Shown: positions 45,801 to 53,725 of the stretch, in pieces
How the letters are laid out: each line of letters opens with the position of its first letter
How positions within the stretch are numbered: the stretch's first letter is position 1
Origin: an uncultured bacterium
GTDB lineage: Bacteria; Omnitrophota; Omnitrophia; Omnitrophales; Aquincolibacteriaceae
DNA length: 64,000 nt
Direction: 5' to 3'
Assembly (NCBI GenBank): GCA_964434115.1
Contig: CAYSSX010000001.1
Location: 229,855-293,854, forward strand
Translations under genes and position numbers: made by a program
Notes under the pieces: model-generated
The model's input: only the letters and a program-made list of their open reading frames with translations
Databases searched by the model: none
Told to the model about the DNA's origin: nothing

Positions 45801-47531
45801 CGCGAGATCGCGGATAATCTGGTCACGCCATTCCTTTGGTGTTTGGCCGGCCTTGAGCAGACGGTCACGGGTGTAGCGCACAAAGGCGTTGTAAATATTC
45901 ATCTGCCCGCGCTCGACCTCGAAGTAATCCTTCCAGGAAACCTGCCCCTGCATTTGTTCCGCGTAATGAATTTCTTCCGGCAGCGCCTTGATTTCCGGCG
46001 TGATCAGCACATAAGAACAACCTTCGGCTTTGAGCCGGGCCACAAGGCCTTCGGTATGAAAACCACCCGCGACAAGCATAACCCCGCGCCGTGAAGGTTC
46101 CGTAGACACGGCCTTCAGATTTCTGACAAACGCGGCGTCACGCGATTCCGCGTTTTCATAGAAAAGCAGGTGCGGAATCATTCGTTCCCGCAAATCAGAC
46201 TCCGGGATCAGGCGCCGCAAATCCACCCCCTGCAAAAGAATATCCCGCGGCCCTTCCTCCCGCCGGTCCGTAACAGCAGCAGCCTGCCCGCCCTCTTCCG
46301 CCTTCAGGTCAAAAACACCTGTGCGCGCATAGTGTATGAGTTGTTTCCATTGCGCCCGGGAAAGTTCCATTTTGGCCAAACGATCAAACAGGTAAAGCCG
46401 GTACGATTGCTGATCCAGATTTCGCTCTGCCTCGCCCCGGAAAAGTGACTCTTTGACAGCCCTCACGAAATCTTCAAATTGGTCAAAAAAGCGTGTGCCC
46501 TCAATATCCTGAAGTTTTTTCTGCTGCACGACCCGGGCATTCAGATCCGCAGAAAAGTGGAACGGCAGTTTTTGAGACTCACACAGTTCTTTCAGGTAAA
46601 GTGCAAATTGTTCCGCGCTTAAACGTGAGGTTTGAAAAGCCTGGGCCTTCTCATTAAATTCCGCCAGGCTTTGCCGGGCCGTCTCTGCCGCGGAATGATT
46701 TAAATAGTCCCTGACTTTCTCCGACACAGCCCGAACTTCGATTTCAACAGGCACCGCAAGACTTGAGGCCTGAGCAGACTCCTTTAGCATAAGCTCCAGC
46801 CCGCTCCCCTTTGGCGGGGCTTTAAACTCGGCCAGCGTCTCAATCACCTTCATGAGATACATCTTGTTCTCATGAAAGTCCCGGATCGCTCGATCCACTT
46901 TTAACAGAGAGGGTGAATACGTCTTCTCTTTTTCATTTTCGAGGGCATCGCGAAGAGCGTTCAACGCAGCGGTCACTTCTGCGGCGTGATTCTGACTCTC
47001 AAGATAAAAACCATACCCCTCTTCATACAGGCCCCAGTCCTCAATGCCTTGATATAAGGATTCCTGTTCGTTGAAAATGGCGGCCATCGCGCTCCCGGTC
47101 AGTTCGCCTTTTTCAAGGTATTCCATAAAAAGGCTTTTCAGCATTTTCTTGTCAGGAAAGCTTCTGAAAATCTGCGGGTTCAGGCGGGACGCGGCTCCTT
47201 CAACAGCCACCCGGTTCAATCCATACTCATGTTGAAAATAGTCGATCAGATTCCGGATATTCCGCTGGGCATCCGGAATTGCGTGGGCATCCTGAACAAG
47301 GATGTAGACATTTTCACTCTGCCCCTGAAAGGATTCTTCAATTTTGCCAATGTTGGAAGGGACGGCGATCTGACTCAAGTCTTTGGGAAAAGAATGAGGT
47401 AATGCGCGCTCACCAGGCGTCTCAATCGCGGCCGCAGAAACAGGCGGAATCCAGGCTTGGGTCAGCGCCAGACAAAGCGCCACCCAGACGGCTACTGCAC
47501 GTCGTCGGTTAAGAGCAGACCCTTCAGACAT
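42840..47531 (-). CDS. 1563-aa secreted protein with a TraB/GumN (Tiki-like) family N-terminal domain and a long uncharacterised C-terminal region
   Basis: A Sec signal peptide (AVAVWVALCLALTQAWIPPVSAAA) begins the protein. VYILVQDAHAIPDAQRNI and RRGVMLVAGGFHTEGLVARLKAEGCSYVLI resemble the two conserved TraB/GumN motifs (GxxH). The remaining roughly 1000 aa have no motif I recognise. Confidence 0.6.
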   Translation of the reverse strand: MSEGSALNRRRAVAVWVALCLALTQAWIPPVSAAAIETPGERALPHSFPKDLSQIAVPSNIGKIEESFQGQSENVYILVQDAHAIPDAQRNIRNLIDYFQHEYGLNRVAVEGAASRLNPQIFRSFPDKKMLKSLFMEYLEKGELTGSAMAAIFNEQESLYQGIEDWGLYEEGYGFYLESQNHAAEVTAALNALRDALENEKEKTYSPSLLKVDRAIRDFHENKMYLMKVIETLAEFKAPPKGSGLELMLKESAQASSLAVPVEIEVRAVSEKVRDYLNHSAAETARQSLAEFNEKAQAFQTSRLSAEQFALYLKELCESQKLPFHFSADLNARVVQQKKLQDIEGTRFFDQFEDFVRAVKESLFRGEAERNLDQQSYRLYLFDRLAKMELSRAQWKQLIHYARTGVFDLKAEEGGQAAAVTDRREEGPRDILLQGVDLRRLIPESDLRERMIPHLLFYENAESRDAAFVRNLKAVSTEPSRRGVMLVAGGFHTEGLVARLKAEGCSYVLITPEIKALPEEIHYAEQMQGQVSWKDYFEVERGQMNIYNAFVRYTRDRLLKAGQTPKEWRDQIIRDLADQGMIAQSGQYTRFIDEITPRSSGSAVLDDAGNAAKVDRFISSVRDLQAAGRLTVPNILSLVQPSGIQAKGAGLVLADQWTQAGILPSTMNRIHAARALVSQAAPPGSSEIARSELRGNDLDSENPLEAPFIPPQGEAFVLPLSKEQVDKRLPQIPLLFEAMQDKEHPERSLDVRIFGGAVRALAFAFITEDQLPTLSELDIAVPGAAIYGDKFDDLMAAEERFKELVRVAEKKLQKPITPIKLHPTGERDFSYILEEGREWSISKFWLEYDKAKDRYLLKATRPWVEQLKKKELTLAGDRFLAPERLPKLLDQAYQYVLYGLTVSDEQLGHFERELLTPEFAAGGRYVKEGLEIKEKLLNLRDLIQRRPTPEHPVDPVLSEFAEAKLQELLDFAFAPIAEADRARLSELHRQFKAKRTVVFTQGFDYGNEGYHFITYDHNQADFALKAGLRGQTFPVHFEHLNQAMQIGDRIFAPYTLVTFEESEQHHLQLPEDYDRDTEHPWVVQVLAFSVKEHILALKEEWTSAEASGDQETVSRVESDLTLIISQWKRLMYRAWSMGMLLEDHTFDNSGITAEGTVRETSVSFEDNWKQFFFGSTSIAVYANNANRAWLNELFGEAVTQKVYGEGLNQFDFGRLWPTNAKGEGAAAAQDRRAPIFKTPEEQAQFLENFWKAMGPASRAELRDQAPAQLAVDNNQSEDLQTWIQSASGEAALKFAATAFYLQMVGMADVGDDVLRTSAGVIQNAGVEAIEQVFREVAGNARLEGLLQQATQQVLGLLQSRFRTNLQSMADSYRAAPLAASDEHLASGLIIPEGLNPRLSREAAGRFHDNGVDEIVLSSGQMDVKPFRELFRIFRSVSDTFFRRPSLVYPNLAVGVLGEQKDTSAFDESYHVMSLGGMETVTDTQIDDFLIREVVPNLTSLLARMLKGGEVERQLLEADLIRALALPGTENLFGGNRPNVFILQAKSLELALQWQIIRLVAASA

Positions 47532-47843
47532 AGTCTTCCTGCGGTTAGTTGTGAGCCCTGCTTAGACTGCTTAAAAGATAGCAGATATAGCCGGAAAATC
47601 GAAGAAAGGGGCGTTATTAGCAGATAACAGCGAATAAGGGCTTTTTTAAGGGGATTTCTGGAAGGGGTACGGAATTTTGCTAGGGCACTTTTGACCTGTC
47701 CCCACCAGAACCGTCCCCAATTTTCGTAGGTGTTCGAGGAAAATCAATGACTGGCTGGACCTAACTAAGAACGATGACGCTTAACGGAGAGGATGGCAAA
47801 AATTTAGGAAATCTTACGTGCCTCTTTGGTAAGCAATACTGTT

Positions 47844-48167
47844 CTACAACATATTTTTCTCTTGGCTTCGACCGTTCTCATCATAAATAGTTTTGGTGTG
47901 ACGAATCATCACACCATCCTTGTCATAGCTGAATTCTTCTATCAATCTGCCCTCTTCATCATAAACATTTTTGAATCGAGATTCCAAGTTGCCCGATTGA
48001 TACTGAACACCTTCAACCTCCAGAACACCTTCTCTTCTTCTAAACTCATCACTATCAATTACGGCGTGTAATTCATCATACCATTTGTGAATGTCTATGA
48101 TCTCGGAGAATAATAATTTGCGATCTTTATCATAACACTTCAACTCTACGCCTTCTTTAGAAGTCAT
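47844..48167 (-). CDS. small YD/MORN-like repeat protein in a low-GC islet
   Basis: Repeats such as YDKDRKLLFSE, YDEEGRLIEEFSYDKDGVMI and YDENGR resemble YD or YwqK/MORN-type repeats. Local GC is far below the flanking sequence. Confidence 0.5.
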   Translation of the reverse strand: MTSKEGVELKCYDKDRKLLFSEIIDIHKWYDELHAVIDSDEFRRREGVLEVEGVQYQSGNLESRFKNVYDEEGRLIEEFSYDKDGVMIRHTKTIYDENGRSQEKNML

Positions 48168-48313
48168 GATTTTTTTGCTTTCAAATTATTTTCTAATATT
48201 AGGTACCGTTTCCAAAAGTGCCGGGTTCAGATATTAAACCTTCACAATAGCCCGGTCAATCATGTCGCTGTAGGGATCTTCTAATGCCACAAACTAATGT
48301 AGAAAGGTACCGT

Positions 48314-49387
48314 TCAGAGGGAACTTGGAAGTTTTGTTTCGAGGAGGAAGTTATAGATGTCTTCGGTGGTCCATTCAAAGGAGCGGCCCGGTTTTTTGCG
48401 GAGCTTACTGTCGTCAAAGAAGAATTTCCGGAAGCTTTTTTCTTTGGGAAGATTACGTTCCAGGCGCGTCACATCCAGGTGCATGGGAAGCCCGGGATTT
48501 CCCTCCGCTCCGTCATACGACGCGGGCTTGCCCAGCGGACTAAAGGCAAAGTTGCGGTAAAGCTTTTCATGCTTGGGGTGCACGGTGATCAAGAGATCGG
48601 TCACGCCCGCGGCCAAGCGCGCATAATCAAGCATGCTTTTAAACAGCCAGAAAGACCCGGTCAATTTATGAGAATCCGTTAATGTAAACCGGCTTTTCTT
48701 GAAGGCTTCACGGTCCAGGGTCAAAAGGCTGACTTCCGCGATCTTGCCGCCCTTTTTCCGCAGTTCCGGAATCAAATCCGGAAATGTTTTTTCCATGGGA
48801 ATGCCCCGCAGGGAATCTTCGACCAGCGACACGGTTCCCAGAAAATGACGCTTCTTTTTTAAGATAAACGTACGGGAACCCGGTAAAAAAACATAGGCGC
48901 TGTAATGCATCCGGGCATCATTGGGTTTGCAATAGCCGAGGGAAATATACTCTTTGTAGATGAGTTTGAAGGCTTTCTTGATTTCGGTGAGTGATGACGC
49001 GGGGCGCGCCACCAAATCCTGCGGCGTCATTTTGAGAATAAAGTCGCACATGCGGTCGCCCATGAAATAAAGGGGCTTCTCATCCGCCGCCGCTGTTTTT
49101 TTAAGATTATCAAACAGGATTCCGCATTGAAAGGGGCAATCGGCATCCGAATGAGCCGCCCGCCAAACAACCTTTCCATCCACCCGCTCACGCCGGGAGT
49201 CCCCTGGCAGGGAAAAGGTCATGCCTAAGCGCATCCCTTTTTCAACAGGGATAGGTGTGGCAAGGCGCATTCCATTGTCGGATATGTCGAGGCCCCGCGC
49301 AATACGGGACAGGAATTTCTGTCCTTTGAATAGGCGGACGATAACAGACAGAGGCCGTCGGTATGACTGACGAGTTTCAAGCGGCAT
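48314..49387 (-). CDS. PilZ domain fused to an N-acyltransferase (Acetyltransf_5/FeeM/LuxI-like N-acyl amino acid synthase fold)
   Basis: The N-terminal PilZ motifs are RQSYRRPLSVIVRL and DISDNGMRL. The C-terminal roughly 250 aa carry EVSLLTLDREAFKKSRF ... LLITVHPKHEKLYRNFAFSPLG, which is typical of N-acyl amino acid / autoinducer synthase-like GNATs. Confidence 0.6.
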   Translation of the reverse strand: MPLETRQSYRRPLSVIVRLFKGQKFLSRIARGLDISDNGMRLATPIPVEKGMRLGMTFSLPGDSRRERVDGKVVWRAAHSDADCPFQCGILFDNLKKTAAADEKPLYFMGDRMCDFILKMTPQDLVARPASSLTEIKKAFKLIYKEYISLGYCKPNDARMHYSAYVFLPGSRTFILKKKRHFLGTVSLVEDSLRGIPMEKTFPDLIPELRKKGGKIAEVSLLTLDREAFKKSRFTLTDSHKLTGSFWLFKSMLDYARLAAGVTDLLITVHPKHEKLYRNFAFSPLGKPASYDGAEGNPGLPMHLDVTRLERNLPKEKSFRKFFFDDSKLRKKPGRSFEWTTEDIYNFLLETKLPSSL

Positions 49388-49558
49388 GCTGAAAAACCTT
49401 ACTACGGGGTCTTACGAGACTGTCGGGGTAACAGCAACGCAGATAAATTGTTATGAAAACATCTTAATTTGTTTCGAGATGTTACTAGAAGGAGTTAGTT
49501 GAGACAAGGGAAAATTCAGATATTCGCTCTAGAAGGCTCTCAAAGAAACTGAACTTCT

Positions 49559-52500
49559 TCAAGATTGCGGGACAGGCGTGAGGATGATTTTGAGCCGCAG
49601 TGCGTCGAGGGCTTCCTTGGATTGTGTTCTGGCCTTTTCATAATCCGCAGCGGGAAAAATGCCTTCAGGCCCCGTGGTTTTTAAGGTTGATTCCAAAACC
49701 CCGGCGGCTACTTGTGAAGTTCCCTCGACCCGGATCAAATCCCCTCCCTTTGTAATAGCGCCGCCCGCGGTGGCTTTTTCATCAATCGAAAATCCCTGAG
49801 GAGGAGTAAACCGAACCTGGTTTTCAATGACAGACGGGTAACTGAATTGGAAAGGGTCGGTCCGAGATGCGTCATGTGAAACATCCAGGTAAATATCTTC
49901 CCACAGAATCGGAAGCTGCCCCGCCATTTTATCGCCGACATAATAAAACACATTGGGGACCGTGTACTGAAGCGTGAAGCGAAGAGGCTCAAGACGGTTT
50001 GAAAGGTTCTCGACCTCAATTTTCTCAATGATCCAATGCGCGGCCACGGGAAAGGCCCGCTGAAAATCCGCTGTCAGCGTATCGGCCTGAATCGCTTTAA
50101 AAAAACTCCGGAACGAGGCTGCGGCATACCCTTCCATGGTCACTTTTTCCGTCACTTTAAGGTCATTGCCCTCCATCTGCATTTCCCGGTGGGAACGGAC
50201 CGTGCTCACGCTTTCCTTTGAAGGAACCATTTCCACAAGATGCGAACGGCCCTGCTCCAGAATCAAGGCCTGTTGATGGCGAAAATTAGAGGCCAGCACA
50301 GCGGGGTCCATACTCTTATTGGTGGCATCCAGGAACGGGTTGAGGGGATACTGCGGGCTGTACACAATCATGTGGTCAAATTGTTCAAGACGGGCCAAAT
50401 CAGGTTCTGTTTTTCCATTCGTGCGAACCAGTGCGAGGTTCGCGGGTAAGCCCGAAGCACGCAAAAGCTGATACAAAAGCAAGGCATGGTCCTTACAATC
50501 ACCCTGCCGGACCGCGGCGGTCTTCTCAGCTCTTTGAGGAATCATGGCGCGAAGCCCAAACTCAATCGCGTTGTAAGCATAGTCATTCTGCAAATGCTCA
50601 AAAATAGCGTCGATTTTTTCTTCCGGTGTCTTCAGACCTTGCGTGAGTTTTGAGGCAAGCTTCACGATTTCAGGGCCCGGTTCCAGAACCCCGGCCATAT
50701 CTTCCAGATACTCGTCGCCTTCAAGAACCCAGTCAGAAGCCAAAGGACCCATTTTGATCATGGGGTCTATGCGGTCGGGATCAGGAAGATAATCGCTGTC
50801 TTTAAACGCAGGGACTTTTTCCGCAACCCAGCGGTGATAGGTTTTCCGGTCTTCAAATTTCACGCCGTTCAGGGCAAGGGTCTTCACCGTGGTCACAGCT
50901 CCGGTCAGAATGACCTGCCGCTGAAGCACCGGATGGCGGGCGCGCATCAGGATTTCCTGATACGGCATTTTAACGTCCGGCTGTTTGTATTCCCGCGTGA
51001 ACATCAATTCCAGGGTCGCGCCCTCCTCCACCCCGGGAATAGGCACGTGCAACACCTTGTTGTGGCTGGCGTACCCGGCATCGGAATCATCCACAATGTA
51101 AAACTTTGAAGTGTCAAGGCGTCCAATCTCCTCGCCCTTGGCATTACGAACGACGAGCGCGTTGACAAAGATATTTTCGCGAAACGAATCGTAATCGAGT
51201 TCAAACTCCGTGAACTTGCTCAGTTCATGCGGGCCAGAGACCTTAATCAGCCGGTAATCCGTCCGCTTCATGGGCTGGCCCGGATGAAAATCAATCGCGC
51301 TTACGAGATTAATATAATAGGACGTGTCTTTCTTGATAAAGCCTTCCGCCGCCTTCTCGTTCACAGTCCGCAACTCCTCTGGAATCGGCACAGGATCAAG
51401 GGGCTTCATGACTTCATCGAGATTCGCATAGCCAAGAAGCGCCTCAAGTTCTTTGAGATACTCTTTCACGGTCGGGTCCGCAGGCTGGAGTTTGGCGGCC
51501 TTCTCAAAAGCTTCCTGGGCGTCCTTGTAATGGTTCAACTGCATTTGATTGATGCCCTGATACAGGTAGACCTTGTAATCGCCGCGGCCTTCGCGGGCTT
51601 CAGTTTCGCTCATTTCAATGGCTTCCGCGTGTTTTCCCGAAGATTGAAGCGCGTTAAAAAGAGAGTCCCGCACATCCGCGTGATTCGGGTATTCCCCGTT
51701 CAGCTTCCGAAGCTCTTCAAGGGCTTTATCCATGTCCCCCTGATCGATGAGTTTGTTGACATAATTAAGCCGGAGATCCATATCACCGCTGTCTGAAGAG
51801 CTGGCCTTGTATTCTTCCGCTGCTTTTAAAGCCTCCTCTTTTTTGCCCAGCGCCCAAAGCGTGTCGGAGTAGGCCTGAATGAGCTTAGCGTCCTTGCTGC
51901 CGGAAGCCATCAGCTCCCGGTATTTCTTCAGGGCCTCTTCCCCTCGTCCCGCCTCGTAAAGAAGCCTGGCTTCCATACGGGGTAAATGCTGTAAGTCTTT
52001 GTATTTGTCTTTGTTTTTTTCAACAAGGTCCAAAGCCGCCTGGTAGTGCTGGTTGGTCATCATCATGGCCACATAGTTTTCAAAAACATTGCCATCCTCA
52101 GGAGCTATTTCGTAAGCGGTTTTAAGGTTGTCCTCGCTTTGTTGGACATTTCCCCGGTCATAGAGAGTTTTGCTGATGCCGCCCAGCATCTTAAGGGCCA
52201 CCTTCTTCTCCGCCGAGGTCAGGTTTTTAAGGTCGACCAGGGCCGTATTTTTATCAAACGAGAAACGTTTGAATGCATCCTCGGAAAGGTCTTTATAGTT
52301 TTTGCTGCCGTCCTGTGGCCGTCCGGAGACAAGCATCAGCGCATGGGCTTTGCCTTTATAGACGGCAACATCGAATTCAAAAGACGAGTTCCCATCGCCG
52401 TGAACTTGATTGATTTTGTAGCCGTCGCGTCCACCCTCGGAGACCTTTTTAATTTCCTTTGACGGGATTTTTTTGAAATCAATACTCAACAGCGTCAAGA

Positions 52501-53725
52501 AGGCGTCAGCGAGAAGATCCATGGACAAATCCTGAACGCCGGGATCAACAAACGGGATCACTGCAAAATCTACCTTGTCTTGAATCATGACAAAGTCGGC
52601 AAAAGGATTCTCCTGCATCTGGTTTGGCAGGGGTTTCCAGGCGCTTTTCTTAACTTTGACACGGTAACCAAATTTACCCGAAACAAAATCGTCATTAAAC
52701 TCGTCCACGGGCGGCGTGGAGGACACCGGTGAGGTGTTAAGAATAAAAAAGCCGGGCGCAAGCTGCTTGAAAGAGGTCTCTAGATCGGCCAGCGGTTTAT
52801 CCTGCGTCTGCCATAGACTAAACTGGTAGAAGAACCCTCCTTGATAGTACAGCCACCAGATATAACGAAGCGCCTGTCCCTGCGCGGTTCCTTCTACAGT
52901 CATTTTGTAACCGGGCAGGTCGTTGACTCTGAACTCTTCCTGAGAAAGGATTTTGAGATCGGGCATGGGACCATGGGAAACCTGAGCCACAATATCCCCG
53001 ACCATGGCCATGGTTTTCCCTTCGAGCGCGGTTGTTTTCTCCACATTGATCATCATGGTCTGGAGAAGATCGGTCCGCATATAACTGACCGCCGAATGAG
53101 GCGCAAGGCTCTTCAGATTCATTTCAAACCAGGGAGAATCGGGAATCTTGAATTTGAAATTGAGGTCAGTGAAAATTTTGTACCCGTCTTTTTCTGAGGC
53201 CTGATCGCCGCCCGCGGCGCCGGATCCCGAGCCGCCCTGCGCGCCTTGATCAAGGCGAGATTCAGCGGCTTTAAGTTTTTCCTCGAGGGTCTTCAAGGCC
53301 TCATGGGGATAGCCCGCGGCAATCGTGACACTGGCCGCGTGCGCCATTCCGAATTGGAGAAGAAGGGCCAGCAGCATGCCCAGCCAGGCGTAGCGGCGCC
53401 CCTGCCCCGCGGGGTTCTCAAGACTGTTGACCCGGATCAGCCCCACGGGGCCGAAGGTAAAGGCAAAGCAGGTGCCGCACCAAAAGATCGCGGAAGCAAC
53501 ACTCATGAATTCCGGATTTAAAGGAAGGTCTTGATCCAGGATAGCAATGTAAAAAACAACGATTCCGGCAGCTGCGGCGGAAAGTCCCGCCGCGGGAAGC
53601 GTCCAGAGGATTTCTTTTTTAACGAATTCAACAATGCAGAAACCCGCCAGCAGGACACACGCGATAAGCAGGGTCCCATAGCAGGCCAGCATGGCAAAAA
53701 TCGAGGGTTCATTTAAAGAGGACAT
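49559..53725 (-). CDS. large membrane-anchored TPR + DUF3857-like + transglutaminase-like cysteine-protease-fold protein
   Basis: There are four N-terminal TM helices. TPR-like repeats run through roughly residues 560-750. The transglutaminase core is present (GDCKDHALLLYQLLRASGLPANLALV ... FDHMIVY). I chose the start MSSLNEPSIFAM.... Confidence 0.7.
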   Translation of the reverse strand: MSSLNEPSIFAMLACYGTLLIACVLLAGFCIVEFVKKEILWTLPAAGLSAAAAGIVVFYIAILDQDLPLNPEFMSVASAIFWCGTCFAFTFGPVGLIRVNSLENPAGQGRRYAWLGMLLALLLQFGMAHAASVTIAAGYPHEALKTLEEKLKAAESRLDQGAQGGSGSGAAGGDQASEKDGYKIFTDLNFKFKIPDSPWFEMNLKSLAPHSAVSYMRTDLLQTMMINVEKTTALEGKTMAMVGDIVAQVSHGPMPDLKILSQEEFRVNDLPGYKMTVEGTAQGQALRYIWWLYYQGGFFYQFSLWQTQDKPLADLETSFKQLAPGFFILNTSPVSSTPPVDEFNDDFVSGKFGYRVKVKKSAWKPLPNQMQENPFADFVMIQDKVDFAVIPFVDPGVQDLSMDLLADAFLTLLSIDFKKIPSKEIKKVSEGGRDGYKINQVHGDGNSSFEFDVAVYKGKAHALMLVSGRPQDGSKNYKDLSEDAFKRFSFDKNTALVDLKNLTSAEKKVALKMLGGISKTLYDRGNVQQSEDNLKTAYEIAPEDGNVFENYVAMMMTNQHYQAALDLVEKNKDKYKDLQHLPRMEARLLYEAGRGEEALKKYRELMASGSKDAKLIQAYSDTLWALGKKEEALKAAEEYKASSSDSGDMDLRLNYVNKLIDQGDMDKALEELRKLNGEYPNHADVRDSLFNALQSSGKHAEAIEMSETEAREGRGDYKVYLYQGINQMQLNHYKDAQEAFEKAAKLQPADPTVKEYLKELEALLGYANLDEVMKPLDPVPIPEELRTVNEKAAEGFIKKDTSYYINLVSAIDFHPGQPMKRTDYRLIKVSGPHELSKFTEFELDYDSFRENIFVNALVVRNAKGEEIGRLDTSKFYIVDDSDAGYASHNKVLHVPIPGVEEGATLELMFTREYKQPDVKMPYQEILMRARHPVLQRQVILTGAVTTVKTLALNGVKFEDRKTYHRWVAEKVPAFKDSDYLPDPDRIDPMIKMGPLASDWVLEGDEYLEDMAGVLEPGPEIVKLASKLTQGLKTPEEKIDAIFEHLQNDYAYNAIEFGLRAMIPQRAEKTAAVRQGDCKDHALLLYQLLRASGLPANLALVRTNGKTEPDLARLEQFDHMIVYSPQYPLNPFLDATNKSMDPAVLASNFRHQQALILEQGRSHLVEMVPSKESVSTVRSHREMQMEGNDLKVTEKVTMEGYAAASFRSFFKAIQADTLTADFQRAFPVAAHWIIEKIEVENLSNRLEPLRFTLQYTVPNVFYYVGDKMAGQLPILWEDIYLDVSHDASRTDPFQFSYPSVIENQVRFTPPQGFSIDEKATAGGAITKGGDLIRVEGTSQVAAGVLESTLKTTGPEGIFPAADYEKARTQSKEALDALRLKIILTPVPQS

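Noticed and set aside
48200-48235. Sigma-54 (-24/-12) promoter interpretation of the GGTACC ... GGCAC ... elements
   Set aside because: The sequences do not match TGGCAC-N5-TTGCW. The -12 GC element is absent. In the 55.1-kb copy the element is only 21 nt from the ATG. I therefore report them only as a recurring motif of unknown function.
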